Shown piece after piece: positions 21,659-30,753 of a stretch of DNA of 49,479 bases. Each line of letters opens with the position of its first letter. The first letter of the stretch is position 1. The notes under the pieces were generated by a model. That model worked only from the letters and a program-made list of their open reading frames with translations. It made no database searches and was not told the origin of the DNA. Source of the stretch: Candidatus Caccovicinus merdipullorum (GTDB lineage: Bacteria; Bacillota; Clostridia; Lachnospirales; Lachnospiraceae). Position numbers and translations under genes: made by a program. The stretch spans positions 1 through 49,479 of the forward strand of contig DVKS01000164.1 of the NCBI GenBank assembly GCA_018715905.1, in the 5' to 3' direction.

Positions 21659-22183
21659 TTATCCTGCCACAGCCCGGGTAAGCCGCGTAAGCTGCCCCTT
21701 TAAGCTGTAATCATATTCCATATCTCCCGCCCGCAGAATAAAACCGGCTAAAAGCTCCGGCCTTTCCTTAAGGGTCAGCTCTGCGCTCTTCTTTCCGGTC
21801 CTTCTGCACAGGAATTCCCTTATGCCCGCAAGCTGTTCCGCATCCGGCATAGTCACATATTCCAGACGTGCCGGCAGGATTCCCTCTGCATCCATGGTCT
21901 TTTCCCTCCAGATCTGAATGATCTGTTCCATCTCATTGATGCAGCCGTTCTCGCAGGCCTTCTCCAGAAAATGCGTCATCCGGCCGGAAAAATCCGGCTC
22001 CCGGAAAATCTTCCGGATAATGGCCGTCTTCTTTCCTGCCGGAATCACCGGACTTCCCAGACATTTTTTCAGTTCCGGACTGTCCGCAAGGATCTGTCCG
22101 GCCCGCTCTATCATATCTCCCGGAATCGCAAGGGCAAATAATACCGTTCCGTAAATTCTCGCCTGCTCAGTCATGTCCGTCAC
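21659..22183 (-). CDS. atpH: ATP synthase F1 delta (operon 1)
   Basis: ARIYG N-terminus, [21 protein letters not shown]-terminus, and operon position. Confidence 0.85.
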   Translation of the reverse strand: MTDMTEQARIYGTVLFALAIPGDMIERAGQILADSPELKKCLGSPVIPAGKKTAIIRKIFREPDFSGRMTHFLEKACENGCINEMEQIIQIWREKTMDAEGILPARLEYVTMPDAEQLAGIREFLCRRTGKKSAELTLKERPELLAGFILRAGDMEYDYSLKGQLTRLTRAVAG

Positions 22184-22667
22184 CTGATTCTGCTGCTTTT
22201 GCCAAAAACTCCTGATACCGCTTCTGATCCTCGCCGGGCCCGCTCTGCTGGGAAAGCAGTCTGGCTGCCGCTGTCATGGCCAGTCCGGCCGCAGAAAGCT
22301 TCAGATCTTCCATAGCTTTCTCCCGCTCCATGGCGATGACTTTCTCCGCATCCTTCTGCTTCTTTTCCGCATCCTTTCCGGCCTGGGCAAGGATCTTATC
22401 ATATTCTGACTGAGCCCGTTCCCTGGCCTCCTGAATAATCACCCTGGCCTCCTGATCAGCACCGGCAGCAGCAGCTTCATACTGCGCTTTTATCCTGTCG
22501 GCTTCCTCCTTCGCCCTGGCCGCGTCATCCAGGTCCTTTTCCACCATCTGCCTTCTTTCTTCCACGATCTTTGTCACCGGACCGATCAGGAAATGCTTCA
22601 TAAAGAAATAAAGCACCAGAAGATTAATGATGATAAAGGCAATATTCCAAAAATCAATCCGCAACAT
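22167..22667 (-). CDS. atpF: ATP synthase Fo b subunit (operon 1)
   Basis: N-terminal TM segment (IINLLVLYFFMKHFL..P) followed by a charged coiled coil. Confidence 0.9.
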   Translation of the reverse strand: MLRIDFWNIAFIIINLLVLYFFMKHFLIGPVTKIVEERRQMVEKDLDDAARAKEEADRIKAQYEAAAAGADQEARVIIQEARERAQSEYDKILAQAGKDAEKKQKDAEKVIAMEREKAMEDLKLSAAGLAMTAAARLLSQQSGPGEDQKRYQEFLAKAAESGDGHD

Positions 22668-22768
22668 AATAAACGCCTCTTTTTCTCTTCTTTCCCGTCC
22701 GCCGCACGCTCCCTGCTGCCCTCTGTCTGCAGTTATTTTTCCGCAGACAGGCAGCGCACAGGAACGTC

Positions 22769-22993
22769 TTATTTCAGGAACAGGATGATCAGCAGACCGA
22801 TAACAAATCCGTAAATAGCCGTTGCCTCAGCCAGCGCACAGCCTAACAGCAGAGCCTTGGTGATCTTTCCATCAGCCTCCGGCTGTCTGGCGATCGCATC
22901 TACCGCCTTGGAAGTAGCCATACCGATTCCAATTCCGGCACCTACACCGGTGATAACTGCAACAGCAGCTCCAATCGCAATTAATCCTGTCAT
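22769..22993 (-). CDS. atpE: ATP synthase Fo c subunit, H+-type (operon 1)
   Basis: GAGIGIG, ARQPE loop and carboxylate in LAEATAIY; no Gln in helix 1 and Ala after the Glu. Confidence 0.95.
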   Translation of the reverse strand: MTGLIAIGAAVAVITGVGAGIGIGMATSKAVDAIARQPEADGKITKALLLGCALAEATAIYGFVIGLLIILFLK

Positions 22994-23024
22994 AATTATT
23001 CTCTCCTTTTATTCTCGTAAATTT

Positions 23025-23066
23025 TTACAAAGTCTGCCGCCAGGCAGGCGGCGCATGAAGGTTTAC
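23025..23066 (+). repeat. Repeat family A, internally deleted mini-copy A5
   Basis: TTAC-AAAGTCTGCCGCCAGGCAGGCGGC-GCATGAAGGT-TTAC: both ends of the unit with the middle missing. Confidence 0.75.
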
Positions 23067-23069
23067 CCT

Positions 23070-23756
23070 CTACTCAATCGCTTCTTTAATATACAGAGAG
23101 GTCAGAAATACAAAAACGTAAGCCTGTATCACGCCGTCAAAGATATCAAAATAAAAGCTGAAGGGCAGCGGTACGATCAGCGGCACCAGATACTTGATCA
23201 GCGCCATGACCACAACTGCGCCAAGCACATTTCCGAACAGCCGCATACAAAGAGACAGCGGTCGGATAAAAAGCTCCAGCACATTAATGGGGGCAACAAT
23301 GGGAATGGGCTCCGCAAAGCTTTTCAGCCATTTCTTCACGCCCTTTTTCCGGATGCCGGCCGCTTCCACCAGGATAATACTCATCACCGCCAGAGAAGCC
23401 GTCACATTCAGATCCTTGGTGGGAGACTTCATTCCCAGCAGTCCGATCATATTGGCAATTGCAATATAGATCACTACTGTAATCAGGTAAGGGATATACG
23501 CCCGACCGTCTTTCCCCAGAAGTTCCTCAAAAAAATCATAGAGAAAGCAGATTCCCTTTTCCAGCGCCGCCTGTTTCCGTCCGATCTGGCGCACCTTAAG
23601 ACCGTGAACCAGAATCAGAGAAGCAATCATAATAATCCCCGTAATAATCCAGGTAACTACCACCGACTCCAGCACATCAATGCCGCCAAAAAGAGGGATC
23701 GTAAACACCACATTACAGTTTAACTCCTCCATAAGTGACTCAACCAGTCCATCCAT
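23070..23756 (-). CDS. atpB: ATP synthase Fo a subunit (operon 1)
   Basis: SPTKDLN, RPLSLCMRLFGN (essential Arg) and IQAYVF motifs. Confidence 0.95.
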   Translation of the reverse strand: MDGLVESLMEELNCNVVFTIPLFGGIDVLESVVVTWIITGIIMIASLILVHGLKVRQIGRKQAALEKGICFLYDFFEELLGKDGRAYIPYLITVVIYIAIANMIGLLGMKSPTKDLNVTASLAVMSIILVEAAGIRKKGVKKWLKSFAEPIPIVAPINVLELFIRPLSLCMRLFGNVLGAVVVMALIKYLVPLIVPLPFSFYFDIFDGVIQAYVFVFLTSLYIKEAIE

Positions 23757-23812
23757 TCCATCACCCCTTTCTTTTTACGCATGGATAAGCGCGTACGTTC
23801 AACTCGCGCTTT

Positions 23813-23841
23813 ATTATAGACAGAGAAAATTTATTTTTCAA
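23813..23841 (-). promoter_or_regulatory. sigmaA promoter of atp operon 1
   Basis: TTGAAA-17 bp-TATAAT, 57 bp upstream of atpB, leaving no room for atpI. Confidence 0.7.
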
Positions 23842-24143
23842 ATATTGTTTTTTTATTAATTGATAACTTTTATGTTATCAAATCCTAAAATTGCATTAAT
23901 TTCCTGTATTCTTCTTCCGGAAATTTGTTACAATTTATTCCATTTCATTTCAACTTTTACGAATCCGATGTTTTTTTTCCATTTCTTTGTCCAGATAGAG
24001 AAAACTGCACAAAATTCGGCCGGCCATTCAGCCCTGGCCGGCCTGTTTCTTTTACCTATCTGCAGCATTTTATTCCCAGTTTTTCTCATTTTAGTCAATG
24101 AATTTTCAAGTCTCCGGGCACCAATCAAAGCCCTTTTTAATTC

Positions 24144-24383
24144 CTACAGATTTTTAAGAAACACTTTTCCGTCTGCCTCTGGAATCCCTAATGCTGATAC
24201 GGCCTGTTCTGCTGTTAAATGCAGATTTGCCATAAGGTTTCGAATGCTGCTTATTGTATTTTCTTTCAAGGCATTTTCTGCCTCCGCTTTTGCCTCTCTT
24301 ACTGCATTTTCTGCCTCCGCCTTTACTTCCCTTACCGCATCTTCCGTCGCTTCCTCTATCATCTGCCGGATCGCCTCACACAC
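24144..24383 (-). CDS. Putative intragenic small C-terminal protein of Rpn (79 aa)
   Basis: In-frame GTG at 24383, 8 nt downstream of TAAGGAGG (24399-24392); product MCEAIRQMIEE... Confidence 0.5.
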   Translation of the reverse strand: MCEAIRQMIEEATEDAVREVKAEAENAVREAKAEAENALKENTISSIRNLMANLHLTAEQAVSALGIPEADGKVFLKNL

Positions 24384-25184
24384 ATTCACCGCCTCCTTAT
24401 CCTGTTTCACACTTAATTTCGCGTTCACACACCCATTCAGCACATCTACTTCTCTCCGGCCAAACTGCACATCCGCTCCGGCTCCCTCCAGCCAGTTCAG
24501 CATCTTTTCTTTATCCTTTGAATATTTAATAAACGTCAATACATCTCCCAATGACGTATGAAATTTTTCATTCTCATCTTCCGTTAGTTCATACGGCGAC
24601 AACAAATGAACCGGATAATCCGGCACCAGTGCCAGCAGCGCCGGATCCTCTGCGTCCATCATATCACGCAGGGAGCGGGGGCCATCCCATGGCTCAGGAG
24701 AAAACTGGATAATCAGCGTAATCACCGGTACAAGCTTATCATCAAGGTAGAAACCGGAGAGGAATTCCCCTTCTTTCCTCCCCTGATAATCCCTTTCTTC
24801 CCGGTGGACCTTTGCCCTTCGCTCCACCTGTCCTGCATACTGCAGGGCGTCATACAAAAGATTCTTAACCGGCGCAGCATAGTGAACGGCCGACTGATTC
24901 TCAATCCCCAAAAGCAGGTACGCAGCCCGCCCGTCTTCCATGGCCGACACACTCTTTAATACATCCCGATACCGCTGCATAGACCTCCCGTTCCTCTTTC
25001 CGCGGCTCTCTGCGTCTGGAAGAATGGACAATTCTGCTGTATCCAGTTCGCGGAGCTGCTCCGGCTTTATCGTCTGCGCTCCTCCGTATAAATAAAAGTT
25101 AAAGGCATCGGCAAAAATGTCATTCTGCCTGGTGTATTCCTTCGCAGTTCCGTCAGCATATCCCATGGCTCTCCCCCCTTCCAT
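24144..25184 (-). CDS. Rpn-family recombination-promoting nuclease / PD-(D/E)XK putative transposase
   Basis: NDIFADAFN, RYRDVLK, LGIENQS, LLYDALQY, LVPVITL and WDGPRSL motifs; C-terminal NLMANLHLTAEQA. Start could be ATG 25166. Confidence 0.8.
   Translation of the reverse strand: MEGGRAMGYADGTAKEYTRQNDIFADAFNFYLYGGAQTIKPEQLRELDTAELSILPDAESRGKRNGRSMQRYRDVLKSVSAMEDGRAAYLLLGIENQSAVHYAAPVKNLLYDALQYAGQVERRAKVHREERDYQGRKEGEFLSGFYLDDKLVPVITLIIQFSPEPWDGPRSLRDMMDAEDPALLALVPDYPVHLLSPYELTEDENEKFHTSLGDVLTFIKYSKDKEKMLNWLEGAGADVQFGRREVDVLNGCVNAKLSVKQDKEAVNVCEAIRQMIEEATEDAVREVKAEAENAVREAKAEAENALKENTISSIRNLMANLHLTAEQAVSALGIPEADGKVFLKNL
24271..24345 (-). repeat. 33-bp tandem repeat in the Rpn C-terminus
   Basis: About 2.3 units encoding AVREVKAEAEN / AVREAKAEAEN. 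Confidence 0.75.
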
Positions 25185-25363
25185 GTCGTGTTTTTAACCG
25201 CTATATCAAGGCCCGCATCTGTTTTCTCATGTCGATATAATAGCCTATTTTCCAGAATTTGTCAACCCTTTGTGATTAAACTGCAGGTTTACCGTCACCT
25301 GTTGGCTCATACCTGTACCCTTTTATACCCCTGGAATTTGTATACAGCCCGAAACATGATTAA

Positions 25364-25510
25364 AATCCGACAAGACGCGTCACTGGCGCGTCTTGCTGGA
25401 TACTTCGTAGCCAAATACCCCGCGGCAGGCTGCGGGGTATTTGACCCTCGCGGCAGTCGCCAAATGGACATGCAAGCATGTCCGCTTGGCTCGTTGCCCG
25501 CGGAAATAAA
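25364..25510 (+). repeat. Repeat family B, composite copy B1 (modules a+b+c)
   Basis: Module a 25364-25407 matches 40144-40187. Hairpin b is CAAATACCCCGC..GCGGGGTATTTG. Module c 25441-25510 matches the reverse complement of 39181-39250 at 69/70 nt. Confidence 0.9.
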
Positions 25511-25513
25511 TGA

Positions 25514-25567
25514 AAGCATAAAAAGGCTGCGCCGGTTTATCCAAACCAGCGCAGCCTTTTTATGCTT
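25514..25567. terminator. Bidirectional intrinsic terminator downstream of fsa
   Basis: Long inverted repeat AAGCATAAAAAGGCTGCGC...GCGCAGCCTTTTTATGCTT. Confidence 0.75.
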
Positions 25568-25647
25568 CCATTTAATTGTCAATTGCTGTAATATCTGTTT
25601 TTCCCGGCGCATAACTCCCTACCTGCCGGCACATGATAATTCGGGTT

Positions 25648-26301
25648 TTACTTCCCAAACACCGCCTCGTAATCCTTCTTAAACTTCTCAATTCCCTGAT
25701 CCGTCAGCGGATGCTTGGTCATCTGTACCAGAACCTTATAGGGAACGGTGGCGATGTCTGCGCCTGCCCGTGCGCAGTCGATTACGTGAATCGGATTGCG
25801 GATGCTGGCGGCAATGATCTGGGTGCTGATGTCATGCATTCCGAAGATCTCCGTGATTTCTTCGATAAGATCAATACCGGGCATGGAAATATCGTCCAGG
25901 CGGCCCAGGAAAGGAGAAACATAAGTAGCGCCTGCCCGTGCTGCTAAAAGAGCCTGAGCGGCAGAGAATACCAGCGTTACGTTGGTCTTAATACCTTCCT
26001 GATTCAGTACCTTAACTGCCTTCAGTCCCTCCACCGTCATGGGGATCTTAACAACCATATTAGGATGAATGGCCGCAATCGCCCGGCCTTCCTGAATCAT
26101 TCCTTCTGCATCGGTGGTGGTAGCCTTTACCTCACCGCTGATGGGCCCATCCACAATAGAAGCGATTTCAGCAATTACCTGGTTAAAATCCCGGCCTTCC
26201 TTCGCAATCAGAGAGGGATTCGTGGTAACGCCGCAGATAATTCCCATATCATTTGCAGCCTTAATTTCCTCAACATTCGCTGTGTCAATAAAAAATCTCA
26301 T
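25648..26301 (-). CDS. fsa: Fructose-6-phosphate aldolase / small transaldolase
   Basis: [28 protein letters not shown] and [11 protein letters not shown] motifs. Confidence 0.92.
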   Translation of the reverse strand: MRFFIDTANVEEIKAANDMGIICGVTTNPSLIAKEGRDFNQVIAEIASIVDGPISGEVKATTTDAEGMIQEGRAIAAIHPNMVVKIPMTVEGLKAVKVLNQEGIKTNVTLVFSAAQALLAARAGATYVSPFLGRLDDISMPGIDLIEEITEIFGMHDISTQIIAASIRNPIHVIDCARAGADIATVPYKVLVQMTKHPLTDQGIEKFKKDYEAVFGK

Positions 26302-26445
26302 AACTTCTCCTTCCGGCCTTTTTCGCCTGTTTCATTCCGCTTGCTTTTCCCTGTATTTGTTTTACCGGGCGCCAATATTTTCCTTATCTTTCGGCGCCCG
26401 GCCGTTTTCTCTCTGCATCCGCCTGTTTTTTGCAGTCCGGATTTC

Positions 26446-28428
26446 CTATAAACTTCTCACGGTTTCTGCCACATGCTCTGCCGTGAATCCGAAGTGCTCA
26501 AAAAGCTGTGCTGCCGGGCCGCTGGCACCAAAGGTAGTCATCGCCACACAGGCGCCGTCAAGGCCTACATACTTGCCCCAGCCAAAGTCGCTGAGCGCTT
26601 CTACTGCCACGCGTTTTCTTACTGCCTTCGGCAGAACCGCTTCCTTATACTCTGCGCTCTGCTCTTCAAACAGATCCATACAAGGCATGGATACTACACG
26701 GATCTTTCTGCCCTCTGCTTCCAGGATCGCCTTGGCCTTCACTGCCAGCTCTACCTCGGAGCCGCTGGCAATAAGGATGGCATCTGGCGTTCCCTCACAG
26801 TCGTCAATTACATATCCGCCCTTTAAGGCGTCCCGGCTGCTGCCGGCCATAGGTGCCAGATTCTGTCTGGTCAGCACCAGAGCCGTAGGCGTTCTTCTGG
26901 ATGTCAGCGCGCTGTACCAGGCCGCCGCCGTCTCCACCGCGTCACAGGGACGGAATACGTGGAAATTCGGCAGAGCCCGCAGCATAGCCAGCTGCTCAAT
27001 GGGCTCATGGGTGGGGCCATCCTCGCCTACACCGATGCTGTCATGGGTCAGGACAAAGGTTAAGGGCACCTGCATCAGAGCCGAAAGCCTTGCCATAGGC
27101 TTCACATAATCGCTGAATACGAAGAACGTAGCCACGTAAGCCCGCAGGCCGCCGTGAAGCATCATACCGTTTCCGATGGCCGTCATAGCCAGCTCGCGGA
27201 CGCCGAAATGAAGATTGCGTCCCTCCGGCGTATTCCGTGAGAAATCGCCCACGTCATTCATATGGGTCTTATTGGAAGGCGCCAGATCTGCCGAACCGCC
27301 GATGAGATTCGGCAGCTTGTCCTTTACCATGTTAAGGACCTTTCCGGACAAATTCCGGGTAGCCTCCGGCTTCTCAGACTGCTTCCAGAATGTCTCATCA
27401 TCCCACAGCTTCTCTGCCAGATCTTCATCATGATAAGCATCCCATAAAGCCTTCTTCTCCGGATAAGCCTGGCAGTATTCCTCAAACATCTGCTTCCACT
27501 GATCCTCGGCAGCCTTCTTTCCCTCGGCCAACTGGCGGTAATGGTCATAAACCTCATCCGGCACGAAGAAGGGCTCTTCAGAAGGCCACTCCAGGTATTC
27601 CTTTAATGCCTTCACATTCTCTTCGCCCAGCGGTTCGCCGTGGGCACTGGCCTTACCCTGCTTTGCCGGACAGCCGTAGCCGATCTGAGTCTTGATGGTA
27701 ATGAAGGACGGTCTGGTCTTATCTGCCTTTGCCTCCTCAATGGCTGCGCCGATAGCTGCCAGATCATTTCCATCCTCCACGGTAATAGTCTGGAAGCCGA
27801 ATGCCTCCATCCGCATCTGGACATTTTCCGTAAAGGCAATGTCCGTGCTTCCTTCGATGGAAATCTGGTTGGAATCATAAAGGACGATTAACTTATTCAG
27901 TCCCAGGGTTCCGGCCAGGGAGAAGCTTTCCGAGGAAATGCCCTCCATCATGCAGCCGTCTCCGCCCAGTACATAAGTATAATGATCCACTACCGGATAG
28001 CCTTCTTTATTAAATACAGCAGCCAGATGCTTCTCCGCCATAGCCATTCCCACTGCCATTCCCATGCCGGCGCCCAGAGGACCGGTAGTCGCCTCTACGC
28101 CTACCGTATGCCGGTATTCCGGATGGCCGGGGGTGAGAGAACCCAGCTGGCGGAAATTCATCAGATCCTCTTTGGAAAGATCTCCATATCCGAATAAATG
28201 AAGCAGGGAATACAGAAGCATGGAACCGTGGCCTCCGGACAGGATGAAACGGTCCCGGTCCGCCCATTCCGGATCGGCAGGATTATGCTTCATGTGGTTG
28301 GCCCAAAGCTCGTAGGCAGCCGAAGCTGCTCCCAGCGGAAGGCCCGGATGTCCGGATTTCGCCTTCTGAATCGCATCCGCAGAAAGCACACGGATCGCAT
28401 TTACCGCATTTTCTTGCAATGTTTTCAT
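26446..28428 (-). CDS. tkt: Transketolase
   Basis: SGHPG, GHPE, TTGPLG, TPP motif GDGCMMEG and THDSIGVGEDGPTH. Confidence 0.97.
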   Translation of the reverse strand: MKTLQENAVNAIRVLSADAIQKAKSGHPGLPLGAASAAYELWANHMKHNPADPEWADRDRFILSGGHGSMLLYSLLHLFGYGDLSKEDLMNFRQLGSLTPGHPEYRHTVGVEATTGPLGAGMGMAVGMAMAEKHLAAVFNKEGYPVVDHYTYVLGGDGCMMEGISSESFSLAGTLGLNKLIVLYDSNQISIEGSTDIAFTENVQMRMEAFGFQTITVEDGNDLAAIGAAIEEAKADKTRPSFITIKTQIGYGCPAKQGKASAHGEPLGEENVKALKEYLEWPSEEPFFVPDEVYDHYRQLAEGKKAAEDQWKQMFEEYCQAYPEKKALWDAYHDEDLAEKLWDDETFWKQSEKPEATRNLSGKVLNMVKDKLPNLIGGSADLAPSNKTHMNDVGDFSRNTPEGRNLHFGVRELAMTAIGNGMMLHGGLRAYVATFFVFSDYVKPMARLSALMQVPLTFVLTHDSIGVGEDGPTHEPIEQLAMLRALPNFHVFRPCDAVETAAAWYSALTSRRTPTALVLTRQNLAPMAGSSRDALKGGYVIDDCEGTPDAILIASGSEVELAVKAKAILEAEGRKIRVVSMPCMDLFEEQSAEYKEAVLPKAVRKRVAVEALSDFGWGKYVGLDGACVAMTTFGASGPAAQLFEHFGFTAEHVAETVRSL

Positions 28429-28573
28429 ATCTTCGCTCCTTACTTTTTTCTCGCTTCGTAACGATTCATCTCATTTCCGTTACGCTGCCCCTATATCATA
28501 TCGTGTCCGCCCATTTATTTCCACCGAAATTTATATTTAAATGGTTAAAAATCTTTTGATTTTCTTCCCGGCA

Positions 28574-30052
28574 TTATGCGAAAGGATTTTCTGTGGGATA
28601 ACGCATCTCTTTCGGCTGATTGTATCCTAAATCTTCCACGCCAAGGAGCTTGAAGATCTCAAAGAGCGCTTTGCCGTAATGGCCGAAAGCCACCGCACCG
28701 TGATGGGGGAAATTCTTCTCGATCAGCACATGGCGGTAGAACCGTCCCATTTCAGGAATCGCAAAAATACCGATGGAGCCGAAGGAGCGGGTAGCCACAG
28801 GAAGCACCTCACCCTGTGCCACATATGCCCGCAGCCTGCAGTCTGCCGTGCTCTGAAGACGGAAGAAGGTGATGTCACCAGGAGCAATATCGCCCTCTAA
28901 TGTTCCCTGGGTAACCTCCTCAGGAAGATTTCTGGCCATAATCATCTGATACTTCATGGAGCAGAATGCCAGCTTCTTGGAGCAGGTATTTCCGCAGTGG
29001 AAGCCCATAAAGGTATCCTTCTGGGTATAATTGAATTTGCCCTTGATATCCTGATCATACAGATCCTTGGGAACCGTGTTGTTGATATCCAACAGGGTAA
29101 CCGCATCCTGGCTTACGCATGCACCGATGAACTCGCTTAAGGCGCCGTAGATATCCACCTCGCAGGAAACCGGGATTCCTCTTCCCGTAAGACGGCTGTT
29201 TACGTAGCAGGGAACGAAGCCGAACTGGGTCTGGAATGCAGGCCAGCACTTTCCGGCAATGGCAACATACTTGCGGTATCCCTTGTGCTCCTCGATCCAG
29301 TCTAACAGCGTCAGCTCATACTGGGCTAACTTGGGCAGGATCTCCGGCTTTAAGTTGCCCTGTCCCAGCTCGCTTTCCATATCCTTTACCACATCGGCAA
29401 TTCTGGGATCACCTTCGTGCTTATTAAATGCTTCAAACAGATCCAGTTCGGAATTCTCCTCGATCTCAACGCCCATATTGTAAAGCTGCTTAATCGGCGC
29501 GTTGCAGGCCAGGAAGTTTAAGGGTCTGGGGCCGAAGCTGATGATCTTTAACTGAGAAAGACCGATCATGGTTCTGGCAATCGGTAAAAACTCCTCGATC
29601 ATATCGGCGCACTCTTCTGCCGTGCCCACCGGATACTCCGGAATATAAGCCTTTACATTGCGCAGTTTTAAGTTGTAGCTGGCATTGAGCATGCCGCAGT
29701 AGGCATCGCCGCGGTCCTGCACTAACTTGTCTCCCGTCTCCTCTGCCGCTGCGATAAACATAGACGGTCCGTCAAAATGCTTTGCCAGAAGGGTCTCAGA
29801 AATCTCCGGTCCGAAGTTTCCAAGGTAAACTACCAGAGCATTGCATCCGGCTGCCTTGATGTCCTCCAGGGCCTGCACCATATGGATCTCGCTCTCTACG
29901 ATGCACACCGGACATTCATAAATGTTTGCGGCATCATACTTCTTGGCATAAGCCTCCACCAGTGCCTTTCTTCTGTTTACAGACAGAGACTCCGGGAAAC
30001 AATCGCGGCTCACTGCCACGATTCCTACTTTTACTACCGGTAAATTGTTCAT
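28574..30052 (-). CDS. L-fucose/L-arabinose isomerase family protein (candidate XylA-II-type xylose isomerase)
   Basis: GNFGPE, RGDAYCG, KCWP, SCEVDIYG, FHCGN and FPHHGAV motifs; in an operon with xylB. Confidence 0.8.
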   Translation of the reverse strand: MNNLPVVKVGIVAVSRDCFPESLSVNRRKALVEAYAKKYDAANIYECPVCIVESEIHMVQALEDIKAAGCNALVVYLGNFGPEISETLLAKHFDGPSMFIAAAEETGDKLVQDRGDAYCGMLNASYNLKLRNVKAYIPEYPVGTAEECADMIEEFLPIARTMIGLSQLKIISFGPRPLNFLACNAPIKQLYNMGVEIEENSELDLFEAFNKHEGDPRIADVVKDMESELGQGNLKPEILPKLAQYELTLLDWIEEHKGYRKYVAIAGKCWPAFQTQFGFVPCYVNSRLTGRGIPVSCEVDIYGALSEFIGACVSQDAVTLLDINNTVPKDLYDQDIKGKFNYTQKDTFMGFHCGNTCSKKLAFCSMKYQMIMARNLPEEVTQGTLEGDIAPGDITFFRLQSTADCRLRAYVAQGEVLPVATRSFGSIGIFAIPEMGRFYRHVLIEKNFPHHGAVAFGHYGKALFEIFKLLGVEDLGYNQPKEMRYPTENPFA

Positions 30053-30093
30053 ATTCCATCCTCCATTTATGTATTTGAATATTATAATGATTT

Positions 30094-30711
30094 CTAAATT
30101 TCCAGATTTTCTCCCTTAAGACCAATAAAAGCATTCTCATCAAGGCCGCCTTCCTGGTGTCCGATGAGCCATTTGTTCTTGGCAAACAGCAGCCGATCCT
30201 CATGGAATACGCTTTCCACAGGAGAAAGATCGGTATTGGTTCCCTTGGGCAGGATAACCACACAGCGGAATCCGCCGTCATTTACCTGACAGGGCGCATA
30301 GTGCAGGGTGGTGGCATACACCTCGATCACCGTTCCTGCCGGAACCAGAAATGCTTCCGCCAGGCTGGTATCGTAAGTGTCATCCTCTTCAATATCCTGC
30401 TGACGGCCGATCAGCAGCACCAGATCGGTGACTGCCACATTGATCTCAGAAGTTCTGTGATACTCCAGAGCATTTAACTTCCGGTTATGGCCATTGCAGT
30501 AACCCACCTGAATGGGAAGCTGGCCGTACAGGTTCTCCTCCATCTTTTTGCAGACCGGAAGGGCCTCCAGCTCCTCCACAGAAGGAACATAAATCACATC
30601 CTCCGGAAGCGGCGTCTTTTCCATCGCTTCCAGAAGAGGCCCGCAGTCATAACCGTCCACTACTTTTCCGTACACCCGGAATGCCGGGTCTGTTACCTTT
30701 TTCATCTCCAT
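30094..30711 (-). CDS. DUF4867-like protein (ureidoglycolate hydrolase/cupin-like)
   Basis: GYCNGHN..LNALEYH, TTLHYAPC, ILPKGTN and AKNKWLIGH motifs; ATG 30711 after GGAGGT. Confidence 0.7.
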   Translation of the reverse strand: MEMKKVTDPAFRVYGKVVDGYDCGPLLEAMEKTPLPEDVIYVPSVEELEALPVCKKMEENLYGQLPIQVGYCNGHNRKLNALEYHRTSEINVAVTDLVLLIGRQQDIEEDDTYDTSLAEAFLVPAGTVIEVYATTLHYAPCQVNDGGFRCVVILPKGTNTDLSPVESVFHEDRLLFAKNKWLIGHQEGGLDENAFIGLKGENLEI

Positions 30712-30753
30712 CTTTTTGCAACCTCCATATTCTGCAGCCGGATCCATGACAGC

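Noticed and set aside
23860-24561. 233-aa plus-strand ORF and the 66-aa ORF at 23928-24128 in the AT-rich spacer
   Set aside because: Antisense to Rpn or low complexity, with no convincing RBS or motif.
25188-25682. ORFs 25188-25682(+) and 25307-25612(-), and the [15 protein letters not shown] extension on atpE2
   Set aside because: These are translations of repeat B and a terminator; the same peptide appears at both repeat copies.
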